The notes beneath the pieces were generated by a model. It worked only from the letters and a program-made list of their open reading frames with translations, was not told the origin of the DNA and did not search any database. Both the position numbers and the translations under genes were made by a program. DNA of 64,000 bases from Bdellovibrionales bacterium. GTDB taxonomy: Bacteria; Bdellovibrionota; Bdellovibrionia; Bdellovibrionales; UBA1609. Location of the stretch: the NCBI GenBank assembly GCA_965219095.1, contig CBDCMT010000001.1:1216001-1280000 (forward strand), read 5' to 3'. Shown here piece after piece: positions 10,257 through 20,178 of the stretch (the stretch's first letter is position 1; each line of letters opens with the position of its first letter).

Positions 10257-11102
10257 TCACTCTCGTAAGTTTTTATTTAAAGCCATAGAGATGGCTTCTA
10301 AAGAAGAATACCCTTTATTTCTCATTGTTTTAACATAGCTGGTAATGCGACAAAAATATTTCGCCATTTCTTCTGTTCTGAAACACCCTGACACTTTCTT
10401 TTTCACCTTAGTCATTCTTAGATCTCTTTCAGCTCTGTTGTTAGTAGGATCTACGTTCTTTCTTTTAGCAAAACACAGTATTTCTGCTTCATACTTTTTA
10501 AATCGCAGCCAAAGGTTTTGAGCTTGTGTATGCTTTATTCGTCCTTTCTTGCCATTTTTCTTAGGAAATTCTGGAAGCTCTTTTAAGCCTTTTGTAAGAA
10601 TACTCCTATACCTTCTCTGAAGAGTTTCGTACTCTTTTTGAGTCAGAACTCTTGACTCTTTTTTATGAACTAACTCCACAGTCTCTTTAAGAAGTTTTTT
10701 GAGATTTGTAGCCCATTTGAATCCATTGCTTTCTTCTATAAATTTAAGCTCTCTCAAAAGGTGAGCCACACACAAAGCATGAGTTATCTTATCATAACAA
10801 AAGTAAGGACTCCAACAATCATGCACAAGCACTCCTGCATATCTATCCAAGAGACCAATATCTTTTATGGCTTCCCTTCCACCTGAAAGGTGGAGAAACT
10901 GCAAGACTAATTCTCCTGAACTATAAGTATGAATCCAGTAGTTTTTACCCTTAACCCTCATAGAGGTCTCATCAACATGAATGACCTCTGATTCAAGTAT
11001 CTTTTCTTTCATCTGCTCTTCCCAACTTTTAAGAAACTCTCCTAATTCAGCAATGTATCTCAACATAACTGCAGGAGAAATCATTCGACCTATAAGCCCC
11101 AT
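10257..11102 (-). CDS. IS66 transposase catalytic part
   Basis: HVDETS, VHDCW, CVAHLLREL, TNNRAERDLR. Confidence 0.9.
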   Translation of the reverse strand: MGLIGRMISPAVMLRYIAELGEFLKSWEEQMKEKILESEVIHVDETSMRVKGKNYWIHTYSSGELVLQFLHLSGGREAIKDIGLLDRYAGVLVHDCWSPYFCYDKITHALCVAHLLRELKFIEESNGFKWATNLKKLLKETVELVHKKESRVLTQKEYETLQRRYRSILTKGLKELPEFPKKNGKKGRIKHTQAQNLWLRFKKYEAEILCFAKRKNVDPTNNRAERDLRMTKVKKKVSGCFRTEEMAKYFCRITSYVKTMRNKGYSSLEAISMALNKNLRE

Positions 11103-11682
11103 GTAATGTTCCCCAACACGCTCTAAAAGACAGCATCTGAACTATAATGAAATTGATGATGGAAGCTCTAATGCCTATACCATACTGAAGAGGACCACTC
11201 ATACCTTTAGGGAATTGACCTTTATTTCTAGCTCCACATGAGGGACAATCCTTAACCTCAGAAGTTACAGTATGGGTCTGAATTTCATAAAAAATATCAA
11301 TCTTTTTACGCTTCTCAAGGCTTTTTACCTCTGCTGTCTTTAAAAACATCCCACACTGAGAACACTCTGAGGGAGAGACAGTCTCCTCACTGTTTGTATC
11401 TTTACTGTTATCAAGTCTAGAGCCCTTTTTCTGACTCCCACTAGCTTTCTTATTACGATTCCCTTGACGACTAAAATCTTGCGAAGGAGGAAGACCGCTG
11501 TTGCTGGAATTTTTTCGAACCTGTTTTTCTAAAAACACAACAATCAGAATGTTCACAACCTTAAAGAGAGATTCAAAAACCACAGAAATCTCAGTAGGCA
11601 CAGAACCTTTCTTTGCAAGCTTATCAAAGTCACTTCTTATATTTTCAATCTCATTTCTGATGGAGGTCTTATTTATTGTCAT
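11047..11682 (-). CDS. IS66 transposase N-terminal part
   Basis: KNSSNSGLPPSQD, CSQCG...CPSCG, FPKG..PLQYG. Confidence 0.85.
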   Translation of the reverse strand: MTINKTSIRNEIENIRSDFDKLAKKGSVPTEISVVFESLFKVVNILIVVFLEKQVRKNSSNSGLPPSQDFSRQGNRNKKASGSQKKGSRLDNSKDTNSEETVSPSECSQCGMFLKTAEVKSLEKRKKIDIFYEIQTHTVTSEVKDCPSCGARNKGQFPKGMSGPLQYGIGIRASIINFIIVQMLSFRACWGTLHGAYRSNDFSCSYVEIHC

Positions 11683-11781
11683 TTGAAAAGAGTATTTAAA
11701 AGAAAATCTGTAAGAGCAAGACTTTTATCTTAAAACAGGTCTAAAGTTAAGGATAACTGAACAATGTAGGTGAGCAGTTAC

Positions 11782-11888
11782 AAATTTTTCTTATAAGTTT
11801 TTCTTATAAGTTTTTCTATAAAAGGAGGGATTTTATGGAAGAAGGGATTAATTTAAACTCAGATAGGGCGGTCAGATAACCGAGTTAC
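11782..11888 (+). mobile_element. Internally deleted mini-IS66 of a second type
   Basis: Matches the leader after 34423, then right TIR GATAGGGCGGTCAGATAACCGAGTTAC. Confidence 0.75.
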
Positions 11889-12081
11889 GATGAGTCTAAC
11901 TCTTCTAATCAGAGTTTTTAAGTCCCAGCTTTTCAAAAAAAAGCTGATCATCCATATTTTCTTTTTGATAGACATTTTTATGTTCGAATTAATTTTTGTA
12001 ATTGGTATATGGTCTTGAGAAAGAGCTTTTTTAGTGAAAAAATGGTTGTGCTAGTAAATGTAGTTAGGTATCATAAAAAAT

Positions 12082-12723
12082 ATGAGATTTTTTAAGAAAT
12101 TTAGCTCTTTTTCGAACCTTTATGTGATTTTAGCGATAGGTTTGATTTTATTTTGCCTTGTAAATATTAGTATCTTAAGAAAAAACAATATAAAAAGAGA
12201 TATAGCTCAAATTACCGCAATAGATGAAACGGGACGATATCTAGGGAAAGAAAAGTTTCCTTTCAAACGACTATTAGGCCCTAAATGGAAAGTGCCAAAA
12301 GAGTTTCTCTGCTCTTTGTTGATGAGTTCAGATGGTAATGGAGCTTTTAAAGTGAAGGCTAGTTTTTCAGATATTGACATTAAACCCTTAACGTTAAAGA
12401 GTGATGATAAAGGCTTTTATTACTATGCTCACTTTGAGAGAGATCAAATAGAATTTAAAAAGGTAAGAGAAGGAGAGCTTTGTAAAGAATCTTTAAATGA
12501 ATTAAAGGATTACAATAAATCTTGGAGTCGTACGAAAACTCATAATTTTACTTTGATGTTGCAGCTTGTTTCGGGAGACATTCCTGCGGTTGTTGTTCTA
12601 AAAAAAAGGTCTTCTTTTAATACACGTAATTACATAAAAGAATGCCTTTTCACCTTAACAACTAGTGACAAGAATGCTCTACGAAAGGGGAAAAAGGACA
12701 AGAAAGTTTGTGTTCTTCAGTAA
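12082..12723 (+). CDS. Hypothetical protein with N-terminal membrane anchor
   Basis: 213-aa ORF, hydrophobic LYVILAIGLILFCLV. Confidence 0.7.
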   Translation: MRFFKKFSSFSNLYVILAIGLILFCLVNISILRKNNIKRDIAQITAIDETGRYLGKEKFPFKRLLGPKWKVPKEFLCSLLMSSDGNGAFKVKASFSDIDIKPLTLKSDDKGFYYYAHFERDQIEFKKVREGELCKESLNELKDYNKSWSRTKTHNFTLMLQLVSGDIPAVVVLKKRSSFNTRNYIKECLFTLTTSDKNALRKGKKDKKVCVLQ

Positions 12724-12827
12724 AAGCAATCTTGTAAGCTAAATTGTAGAGCCTGTTAATCATGGCTATAAATTTAAGAGGTTTTTTTATTGACTTAGAG
12801 GAAGAACAGGTGTAAGGTTTTTTGTAT

Positions 12828-13265
12828 ATGGAAACATCTACTTCAGAAAAAAAAATACATTTTTTCGATAAATGGGGAATTTACCTTTCAGGAACTTGTG
12901 TTATTCATTGTATACTTGCTCCTATTTTTCTTATTTTTTATCCCACTTTTAGTTTGGTTTTTCTCTCTAATGAAGCACTTTTTCATTTTTTTATTTCTGT
13001 TTTTATTTTACCTAGTTTTCTTTTTGTGCTTTACTCCTATTTTAAAATTCACAAACAAAAAAAACCTTTAGTTTATCTCTTTTTAGGATTTTCTTTTATT
13101 CTTTTTTCTGCATTTTTAGCTCATGATGTTTTAGGCCACATTTCAGAATATCTTTTTTCTATTCTAGGAAGCCTTCTTATGATAAGAGGTCATTTTATCA
13201 ACCATAATCATTGCAAAGCATGTAGGACAAAACAACATTGCCTTGGAGAAAAAATCTTTAAATAA
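12828..13265 (+). CDS. MerC-domain membrane protein
   Basis: DKWGIYLSGTCVIHCILAP motif, ~4 TM helices, His/Cys-rich tail. Confidence 0.82.
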   Translation: METSTSEKKIHFFDKWGIYLSGTCVIHCILAPIFLIFYPTFSLVFLSNEALFHFFISVFILPSFLFVLYSYFKIHKQKKPLVYLFLGFSFILFSAFLAHDVLGHISEYLFSILGSLLMIRGHFINHNHCKACRTKQHCLGEKIFK

Positions 13266-13267
13266 AA

Positions 13268-14308
13268 TTATTTACAATCACGAAGGTCCCCTCTAGAGCA
13301 AATCTTAGCTAGAACTTCATTTTGTACATCAATAATGCTTTCATTCACTCTGTCAGATACATCAGAAGGGTATCCTGGAATGTAATCAGATTTATGGGTT
13401 TTTTTCTTCTTCTTCCGAAAACTTTCAAGAAGACTAAAAAAACTATCTTTTCTTGTCCCATAAGATCCACCTTTTGCTTTAGAGTTTTTCTTAGAACTTC
13501 CACTTCCCATACCGCTAGTATAACCTTTTAGCTTTCCTGACTGATCGTCATATGTTTCTGACTGTTCGGAAGTTTTATCACTGTCTTCTCCTTTTTCGCT
13601 CTGAGAGTTTTGACTTGAACTTAATGGGTTTCTTAAAGAAGAGTCCAAACTTGAAACAGTAGAGCCTCCTTTTTTTTCATAGGCTTTTTGATAGGAGGGC
13701 GATTTAATATCGTCTGCTTTAGTAAGAGGTGGTGGATTTTGTATCCGAGGAAGTATTTCATATGGAGTGGTGGATCCATAGCCGCCGTCATTGCAGTCAT
13801 TACAAGGTAGTGGTAGTGGTAGTAGATCTTTATCATCTTTATCATCTTTATCATCTTTCAAAGCTATCGCACAGGCTGTGGATCCTGCTACATTGGCTAA
13901 AGCAAGTAACAATTGCCTGTTTAATTTTTCTAAGTTTTTTGTATCTGTAAGAAAAGAGCATTTATGTGGGCCTTTTCTTCTCTTCTCTGCTATCTGTTTT
14001 TGACAGGCTCTTTTGTGTTTATAACTCTTATGAGCTAGAAGAGCAGCAGGAACTGAGTTTGCAAGACAGGCATTTTTAATTGAGTCAGTCATGGCTCCTG
14101 TAACAGCAGAGATTCCTAAACCCCCCATAAAGAGAGTCACAAAACTAGCATCATTTATGGCATTTATATTTAGAAAGCCTGTTGCTTTTGGACAGTTAGC
14201 TATGGCAAAACTCTCAATCATACAACAAGGAAGGGGGGTACAGTCAGCGACGGAACTTTCATTTATTTGTATAAAGACCAGTAATAAAAGTATAGATAAA
14301 TGTTTCAT
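13268..14308 (-). CDS. Secreted Cys-rich / Ser-Gly low-complexity hypothetical protein
   Basis: RBS AGGAGGAG, signal peptide MKHLSILLLLVFIQ, KDD and LP microrepeats. Confidence 0.75.
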   Translation of the reverse strand: MKHLSILLLLVFIQINESSVADCTPLPCCMIESFAIANCPKATGFLNINAINDASFVTLFMGGLGISAVTGAMTDSIKNACLANSVPAALLAHKSYKHKRACQKQIAEKRRKGPHKCSFLTDTKNLEKLNRQLLLALANVAGSTACAIALKDDKDDKDDKDLLPLPLPCNDCNDGGYGSTTPYEILPRIQNPPPLTKADDIKSPSYQKAYEKKGGSTVSSLDSSLRNPLSSSQNSQSEKGEDSDKTSEQSETYDDQSGKLKGYTSGMGSGSSKKNSKAKGGSYGTRKDSFFSLLESFRKKKKKTHKSDYIPGYPSDVSDRVNESIIDVQNEVLAKICSRGDLRDCK

Positions 14309-14604
14309 TTCTCCTCCTTTTACTTTTTTCTTAAACCTTTTATCGGAGATCTCAGTATTAATCTTTAGTCCAGAGCGGTTCATTTTGAGACAAAAAAGAA
14401 AACTCCTGCGATTTAAAAAAAAACGCTCAAAACAGCCCTTTAATATGGCTTTAAGCTCAAATTTTTGTAAGAAAATAACAAAAAATCTTAAAAAAGGGCT
14501 TCACCTTTTAAATCGCTATGCGTTATTTTTTTTTCTTATTTTGCTCAAAGTGTATTAGAGTGAAGATGAAGTATAAGTATAATGAGGTCAACAAGGGAGG
14601 TGAT

Positions 14605-14799
14605 ATGGCAGATATACTCGTTGTAACAAGTAAGGTAAAAAAGGTCATCAAAGAAACTGGTGATTGCAACACTTCAGGTGAAACCATACAAATTTTAAGT
14701 AAAGCCGTAGAGGCTTTATGTCGTCGTGGAATTGAGAGTGCTAAAAATGATGGTCGTAAGACCGTTATGGCAAGAGATATTCCTATTGACCATATTTAG
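14605..14799 (+). CDS. Bacterial histone-fold protein (Bd0055/HBb homologue)
   Basis: RBS GGGAGG; MADILVVTSKVKKVIKETGDCNTSGETIQILSKAVEALCRRGIESAKNDGRKTVMARDIPIDHI with the RKTxxxxD histone motif, 64 aa. Confidence 0.93.
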   Translation: MADILVVTSKVKKVIKETGDCNTSGETIQILSKAVEALCRRGIESAKNDGRKTVMARDIPIDHI

Positions 14800-14889
14800 G
14801 ATTTCTAAAGAAGAACTTTCCTCTTTGGGAGGCGAGGTGAAAAGGGGTCGAATAAAAATCTCGGCTCTTTTTTTCTAGGACTTTTCCTT

Positions 14890-15930
14890 TTAACCATGGC
14901 CTCCTCTTAAGAAGTTCTCATGGCTTGTGTCTTTTTGACAGGCTATGGGAAAGGAGGAAAAAAAATCTTTTGTATAGTTTTTGATCTCCTGTAAGGTCTT
15001 TATTTGAAAAGCTTTCTTTCTAAAACTTGCTGACTCAGGATAACCTGAAGAGTACCAACTAGCAAATTTTTTAATTTGAAGCCCTACTCTTTTTTCATCA
15101 TAATGCTTTTCTAAATGAAAAGCAAGTTTGTCAATAAGAGAGCTAATTGTATAAGGTAAATCCCATGCTTTATTTTTATAAAGACTGAGAGTTTGATGAA
15201 AAATAAGAGGGTTTTTTAAAGCTCCTCTACCTATCATTACAGCATCACAGTTTGATTGCTTTAAATATTTAAGAGCTTTTTGAGCACTAGTTAGATCACC
15301 ATTTCCAATAATAGGAAGTTTTGATGTTTCTTTGACATTTTGAATGTAATCCCAATCGGATAAGCCTAAGTAAGCTTGTGTTCTTGTTCTTCCATGGATA
15401 GTCATCCAAGAGATTCCTTCATTATAAGCAATATGGCTGACTGTGTGGGCATTTTTTCGCTCTTCGTTCCATCCTGTTCTTACCTTTATTGTCAGAGGAA
15501 TATGAATGGCTTTTTTTACTACTTTAAGAATTTGAGTCAGACGTCTTAAATCTTTAAGGACTCCTGCTCCTGCTCCTTTTTTCACAACCTTATTCACAGG
15601 GCAACCAAAATTAAGATCCACAAAATCAGCTCCCTTCTCTTCTACATGTTGAGCTAAGAGGGCTAAATGGTCTAAATTTTCACCAAAAATCTGAACCCCT
15701 ATAGGATGCTGATCTTCTGTGAACTTCATAAGCGTTTTTGTCTTAGGGCTGTTGAACTGAAAGCCTGTTGCTGACACTAACTCTGTGGTCATGATTCCAC
15801 ACCCCAGCTCCCTCATAAAAGAACGAAAAGCACAGTCTGTAATTCCAGCCATGGGAGCTAAAAAAAAGGGATTGTTTCGTAAATGTTTTATTAAATCCAT
15901 ACTTACTTTTAGCTTTTCTCTATGTGACAA
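14890..15930 (-). CDS. dusB: tRNA-dihydrouridine synthase DusB (start may be ATG 15900)
   Basis: LAPMAGITD, QIFG, DLNFGCP, HGRTR, GNGDL, MIGRG. Confidence 0.93.
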   Translation of the reverse strand: MSHREKLKVSMDLIKHLRNNPFFLAPMAGITDCAFRSFMRELGCGIMTTELVSATGFQFNSPKTKTLMKFTEDQHPIGVQIFGENLDHLALLAQHVEEKGADFVDLNFGCPVNKVVKKGAGAGVLKDLRRLTQILKVVKKAIHIPLTIKVRTGWNEERKNAHTVSHIAYNEGISWMTIHGRTRTQAYLGLSDWDYIQNVKETSKLPIIGNGDLTSAQKALKYLKQSNCDAVMIGRGALKNPLIFHQTLSLYKNKAWDLPYTISSLIDKLAFHLEKHYDEKRVGLQIKKFASWYSSGYPESASFRKKAFQIKTLQEIKNYTKDFFSSFPIACQKDTSHENFLRGGHG

Positions 15931-15982
15931 GCAAGTTTGAGATTGACAGAAGTCAGTTAAAGTAGGAATCTCTATCTTACAA

Positions 15983-16058
15983 GGCTCGGTAGCTCAGTTG
16001 GTAGAGCAGAAGACTGAAAATCTTTGTGTCGACGGTTCAATTCCGTTTCGAGCCACCA
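15983..16058 (+). tRNA. tRNA-Phe(GAA)
   Basis: Cloverleaf, anticodon loop CTGAAAA, GGTTCAATTCC, CCA end. Confidence 0.97.
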
Positions 16059-16304
16059 TTTCAGGAATTTCTCAAGATTTTTGGTTTTGTAAGTTTATAG
16101 AGCGGTTTTGCGTGAAGATATTGCAGATTTCGGTCTTTTAAAACAGGGTTCGATAATACAATTTTAGCAAGTCTTACTTTTTGTAAGAGAATTTTCGTTT
16201 AACTTCATAAAATCACAAGCTCTTCTAAGAGTTTGATAACCTTTTTTCTTTGATAAAAATACGAGTTTCTAGAGTAAAGAAGTTCATGGAGTTTCTTTAT
16301 CATG

Positions 16305-17463
16305 CCTAAAATCTCTCTTAGTTATAACTAGGTTTGAGTTTTTTCAACAATTTAAACGCCGAAAAAATTTCTTTTTGACATTTTGATACTTCGGCTAAAA
16401 TGATCTTATCATTTGCAAGATGGTAAACTTTAAGCTGATCAAGTGTTCTAAATAACTCTTTTTTAGTAACTTTTTTGTATAACTTTTCTTGATTCATAAT
16501 TTTATAAATATGAGAAATTAAAATCAAAGCTAAAAAGTTTATAAAAACACTTCCCTTCATTGAAGTGGATGATTTTACCCTACTTCTTTTTTCAAGAATA
16601 TTGTGCTTAAAAGATCTAAATAATCTTTCTATCCCATCTCTACTGCGATAAAGTGATAACACATCCTTCCGATCTAAGCCCCTTTCATTTGTAATAAAAA
16701 TAAACTTCCCCATTTCCATAACTGCCTCTTTGAGGAAAACTTCATCTCTTTCTATAGTAATAACCCTTTTATTTCTCTTCTTTACTTTAATATATTCTTC
16801 AGCACTTATTTCATCTTTAAAATCCTTCTCTGAAAAAATTGATTCCAAATATGACATTTTTCTTATCAACAAACTCTCCTCCCTTGCTCTTCTTTCTTTA
16901 TCTAAAAAAATATGCGCTACACACATAACTCCATTTATTTCTACCTTAGTCCTTACATAAGAATAAACATTTTCATTGTATAAAAAAGAGCAAATAGGTT
17001 TGCTGATTTCTTCATCAAAATCATAAACCAATTGTTTTGCTTTTCGTGTTGTAAAGACCAGTGGTAGGAGGAATTTTAGCCCTTTGTTATTCATTTCTCG
17101 TATATTTTCCTTGCTATAAAAGCTTCTATCCATAACAAAATAATTAACATTAAGTTTATAGTACTTAATCAGTTTAATTATGTTTTTTTAAAGTTACTAC
17201 ATCCGATATACTTCCAGGATATATTCTATAAGCTAAAGGTAGTTGAATAGAGTTTTTCTCACGTCTACTAATAATCCCTAAATTTGTTTGACCGAGATTC
17301 TTCTTGTCACGGTTATAGCTACGATCAACTAGTTCGTTATTTTTAGAATAAGAAAAAATGGATGAAATATCAAACATAACTGAATATTTATTGTCCTACT
17401 CATTAATCCAATTGCTAAAAAACACTTCAATTTGCTTTTTATTTTTTCCAATATCCAGAGCAT
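16305..17463 (-). pseudogene. Degraded IS1634-like transposase (type C), cut by IS256
   Basis: FDISSIFSYS, SYNRDKK, MDRSFYS, YRSRDGIERLFR; several frameshifts. Confidence 0.8.
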
Positions 17464-18055
17464 GAGGATGTCCCATTTCTCGGTGGAATTCTGTTCAAAA
17501 ATGGAGCAGATAAGAGGACTCCCTGGTGGATTTTTAAGTCCACCTAGGGTTTAATAAATATTTAGAATGAATTAAAAATTAAACAAAAGGAGTCCAAAAT
17601 GAAGAATACAAAAGAAAAAATATCAATTCAAGAACTATCGGATCACAAGGAGATTCAAGATGCTGTTCATAACTATATGAAGCATAGAATTCTTGACGTA
17701 ATCTACCGGATATTTAATGACGAAGTCACTAAGCTCTGTGGTCCACTATACGATCGAGAGGAAGAATGCATGCGAAATGGAAAAGCGATCCTGGGTCTGT
17801 TTATGCTCAAGGACAAAGAGTTTCGATTCGAAAGCCCAGAGTTAAAAAAGACGGAAAAGATGTCAAACTGCGAACATACTCTGCTTTGAGAAACTACGAT
17901 GTTTTCACTGAAAAGATTCAGAACCACCTTCTCCATGAAGTTTCAACAAGTCTCTACTAATCTTTTCAGCAAGACTTTTTTCAAGACGAAAAAAGTCTTT
18001 TTTTTCAGTAACTTAACTCTGCCTGATAGATTTCTTTAGAGACTTTTTTACGATG

Positions 18056-18159
18056 TGTTCGTGATTTGTTCGTGATTTTTTGAGAGACAAAATCAGTAAA
18101 AGTTTTCTTTTTTTCTCAGAACAAAATAAACAAAGGTTGTTCGTGATTTGTTCGTGATT
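18056..18159. repeat. Integrase arm-type sites (TGTTCGTGATT)x2, two pairs
   Basis: 18056-18077 and 18138-18159; 11-bp period. Confidence 0.8.
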
Positions 18160-18168
18160 GCACAACTT

Positions 18169-19296
18169 TCATTTGATTTTAAGAAAATCTGCTACCTTTT
18201 CACCAGTATTACTCTCTAGCAAAGCCACAGTTTTTGCATATTTTTGAGTTACTTGTTGATCTGTATGGCCAAGACTGGCTTGTACAGCTGATAAGTCTCT
18301 TGTCACAATGAGGGCTTGAGTTGCAAAGCTATGTCTTAAAATATGCGTTGAACGCCAAGGGAGCTTTAACGACTTAAAAGCCTTATTGTAACTTTCTTGA
18401 ACAGCATTATATTTGAGAAGGCCACCCTTTTTATTACAAAAAACAATACTGGAAGAATGGCTTTTAAATTTCCATTCAGTGAGTTTGTTTATAAGTACTT
18501 GAGGGAGCATGATCATTCTTGTAGATTCCTGTGTTTTTGTTGTTTCTGACATATAAGGGTCTTTAGTTTTATAGTCCCAGCTTACATTTCTTACAATTTT
18601 AGCTGTTTTTTTCTCAAAATCTATTTCACTCCATATAAGCCCACAAGATTCACCGATTCTAGCACCAGTTAAAATCATAAAATGAGCTAAGTACCAGTAC
18701 ACTGGATTACTGCCTTTTTTTAACTCTTCAAGCCAGTTTAAAATTTCCTCTTGTTTCATGTAATAGTCAGGACGTCTTGCTTTTAAAGGCTTATAAATGC
18801 ATTTTTCTCTATGTCTTTTTACAATAGGGACATTAAAATCAGCATCAATGTAATCACGCCACCATTGTAAGATAGAGCGAAGAAGCTTTATTTCTTTAAG
18901 CAGAGACTTTCTTCTTGGATTTTTTAATGTAGGATGTTTTAAAAACCAATCAAGCCATACATCAACAGCATGAGAAGAAAATTCGTTCATTTTGAATTTT
19001 GCAAGAGGGCTTTTTATGAAGTAATTAAATCGAAATTCATATCCTTGCCTTGTTGATTTTTTGAATTTTGGCAGACGTTCTTTCTTATATTTTTCAAGAG
19101 CCTCTAAAAAAGTAAAATCTACATAAGGATTTTTAGTTTTGTTTAGTCCTCTTTCAATTTCTGCTTTTTCTTTTTCATGCCAGAAAAAGGCATCTGATTT
19201 ATTTTCAAAGCTCTTGCTTTTAAATCTCTTTCCGTTGAGATAAATTTCAGCAACATAGAAAGCTTTGTTGTTTCTTTTACGTTTAGTTATCGACAT
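18169..19296 (-). CDS. Tyrosine recombinase / phage integrase
   Basis: TGARIGE, K(TKT), HILRHSFAT, LGHTD..VTQKY. Confidence 0.95.
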   Translation of the reverse strand: MSITKRKRNNKAFYVAEIYLNGKRFKSKSFENKSDAFFWHEKEKAEIERGLNKTKNPYVDFTFLEALEKYKKERLPKFKKSTRQGYEFRFNYFIKSPLAKFKMNEFSSHAVDVWLDWFLKHPTLKNPRRKSLLKEIKLLRSILQWWRDYIDADFNVPIVKRHREKCIYKPLKARRPDYYMKQEEILNWLEELKKGSNPVYWYLAHFMILTGARIGESCGLIWSEIDFEKKTAKIVRNVSWDYKTKDPYMSETTKTQESTRMIMLPQVLINKLTEWKFKSHSSSIVFCNKKGGLLKYNAVQESYNKAFKSLKLPWRSTHILRHSFATQALIVTRDLSAVQASLGHTDQQVTQKYAKTVALLESNTGEKVADFLKIK

Positions 19297-19544
19297 GGTT
19301 TCTCCTTTCGGTTAATCCAAGCTTCAATGCTCTTTCGTCTAAAATAAGTTTTGCCTCTAATACGGCAAAAGGGTACTTCTCTTAAAGAAACCCAGTTTCT
19401 TATTGTACGAGGAGCAACACCAAACGCACACGCTAAGTCTTCCACAGTTATTAAATTGTCAAAGAACAGACTCTCATTTTTTTGAGAGCTAATAGTACTT
19501 TTTAGAGTACTATTTTGAGAATTATTTTTCAATGTTTTTTTCAT
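19287..19544 (-). CDS. Excisionase-like HTH protein
   Basis: LITVEDLACAFGVAPRTIRNWV...VPFCRI; overlaps int start. Confidence 0.85.
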   Translation of the reverse strand: MKKTLKNNSQNSTLKSTISSQKNESLFFDNLITVEDLACAFGVAPRTIRNWVSLREVPFCRIRGKTYFRRKSIEAWINRKEKPCR

Positions 19545-19560
19545 TTTTTTAACTCCTTTC

Positions 19561-19595
19561 AAAAAAAGCTAGAGAGCTTTTTAAAGCCCCCTAGC
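19561..19595 (-). terminator. Rho-independent terminator between ssb-like gene and xis
   Basis: Minus RNA GCUAGGGGGCUUU-AA-AAAGCUCUCUAGC-U7, with two G-U pairs. Confidence 0.75.
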
Positions 19596-19613
19596 AGTTG
19601 ATTTTTTAGCCTT

Positions 19614-19842
19614 TTAAAAAGGCACTTCTTCTGTCTCGCTTTTTTTCTCTTTTTTTGACACTCTTCCTACAACCAAAAGCTCCCCTGAAACAGGCAAGCT
19701 TGAGAGCTTAAGAGAGAAGCCGTCTTTTGTTTTTAGAGGGAAGGCTACGCCCACCTTTAAAAACTCTGATTTTTCCTTACCGGATATGGTGAATTTACGC
19801 ACTCAAAAAAGCGTCGTAAATTTTACTTTTTTCGTTTTGCAT
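19614..19842 (-). pseudogene. Small phage-type protein, putative ssDNA-binding; frameshift near 19805
   Basis: RBS AAAGGAG, MQNEKSKIYDA.../KVGVAFPLKTKDGFSLKLSSLPVSGEL...EEVPF; paralogue at 33113. Confidence 0.65.
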
Positions 19843-20010
19843 TATGCTACTCCTTTCATAATTGATTTGTTATTTGTTTTTTGACCCTTTTTTACTCCTT
19901 TCTGAGCCATTAAAAAACTCAAGTTAAACTCAAAAAAAACAAGAATCTTTTAACCTGATAGAGAAAATTTTTAGCTTAAAAGTCCTAAAAATTTTCTCTA
20001 TTTTTTCTCC

Positions 20011-20178
20011 TCCCACACCCCCTTTCCTCTTCCCACATCTATACACCCAACTCTGTGGTACCGTGACCACCCTCTCCCATACTAAAAAAAGTATGAGCGG
20101 GAGAGGGTGGTCACGGTGAAAACCTAAGGTTTTAGCAGAGTTGGGTGTGGGAAAACAAAGGGAAAAGGAAAGGGGGTG
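20011..20178. other. GC-rich multi-stem fold-back (structured RNA or ssDNA)
   Basis: Stems 20016-34/20160-78, 20043-55/20136-48, 20060-78/20099-117. Confidence 0.85.

Larger units (their letters stand above)
10249..11781 (-). mobile_element. Compact IS66-family element, copy 1
   Basis: TIRs GTAACTGCTCAC / GTGAGCAGTTAC. Confidence 0.9.

Noticed and set aside
18056..18159. Repeats as a CRISPR array
   Set aside because: 11-bp tandem pairs without regular spacers and no cas genes; they fit integrase arm sites.
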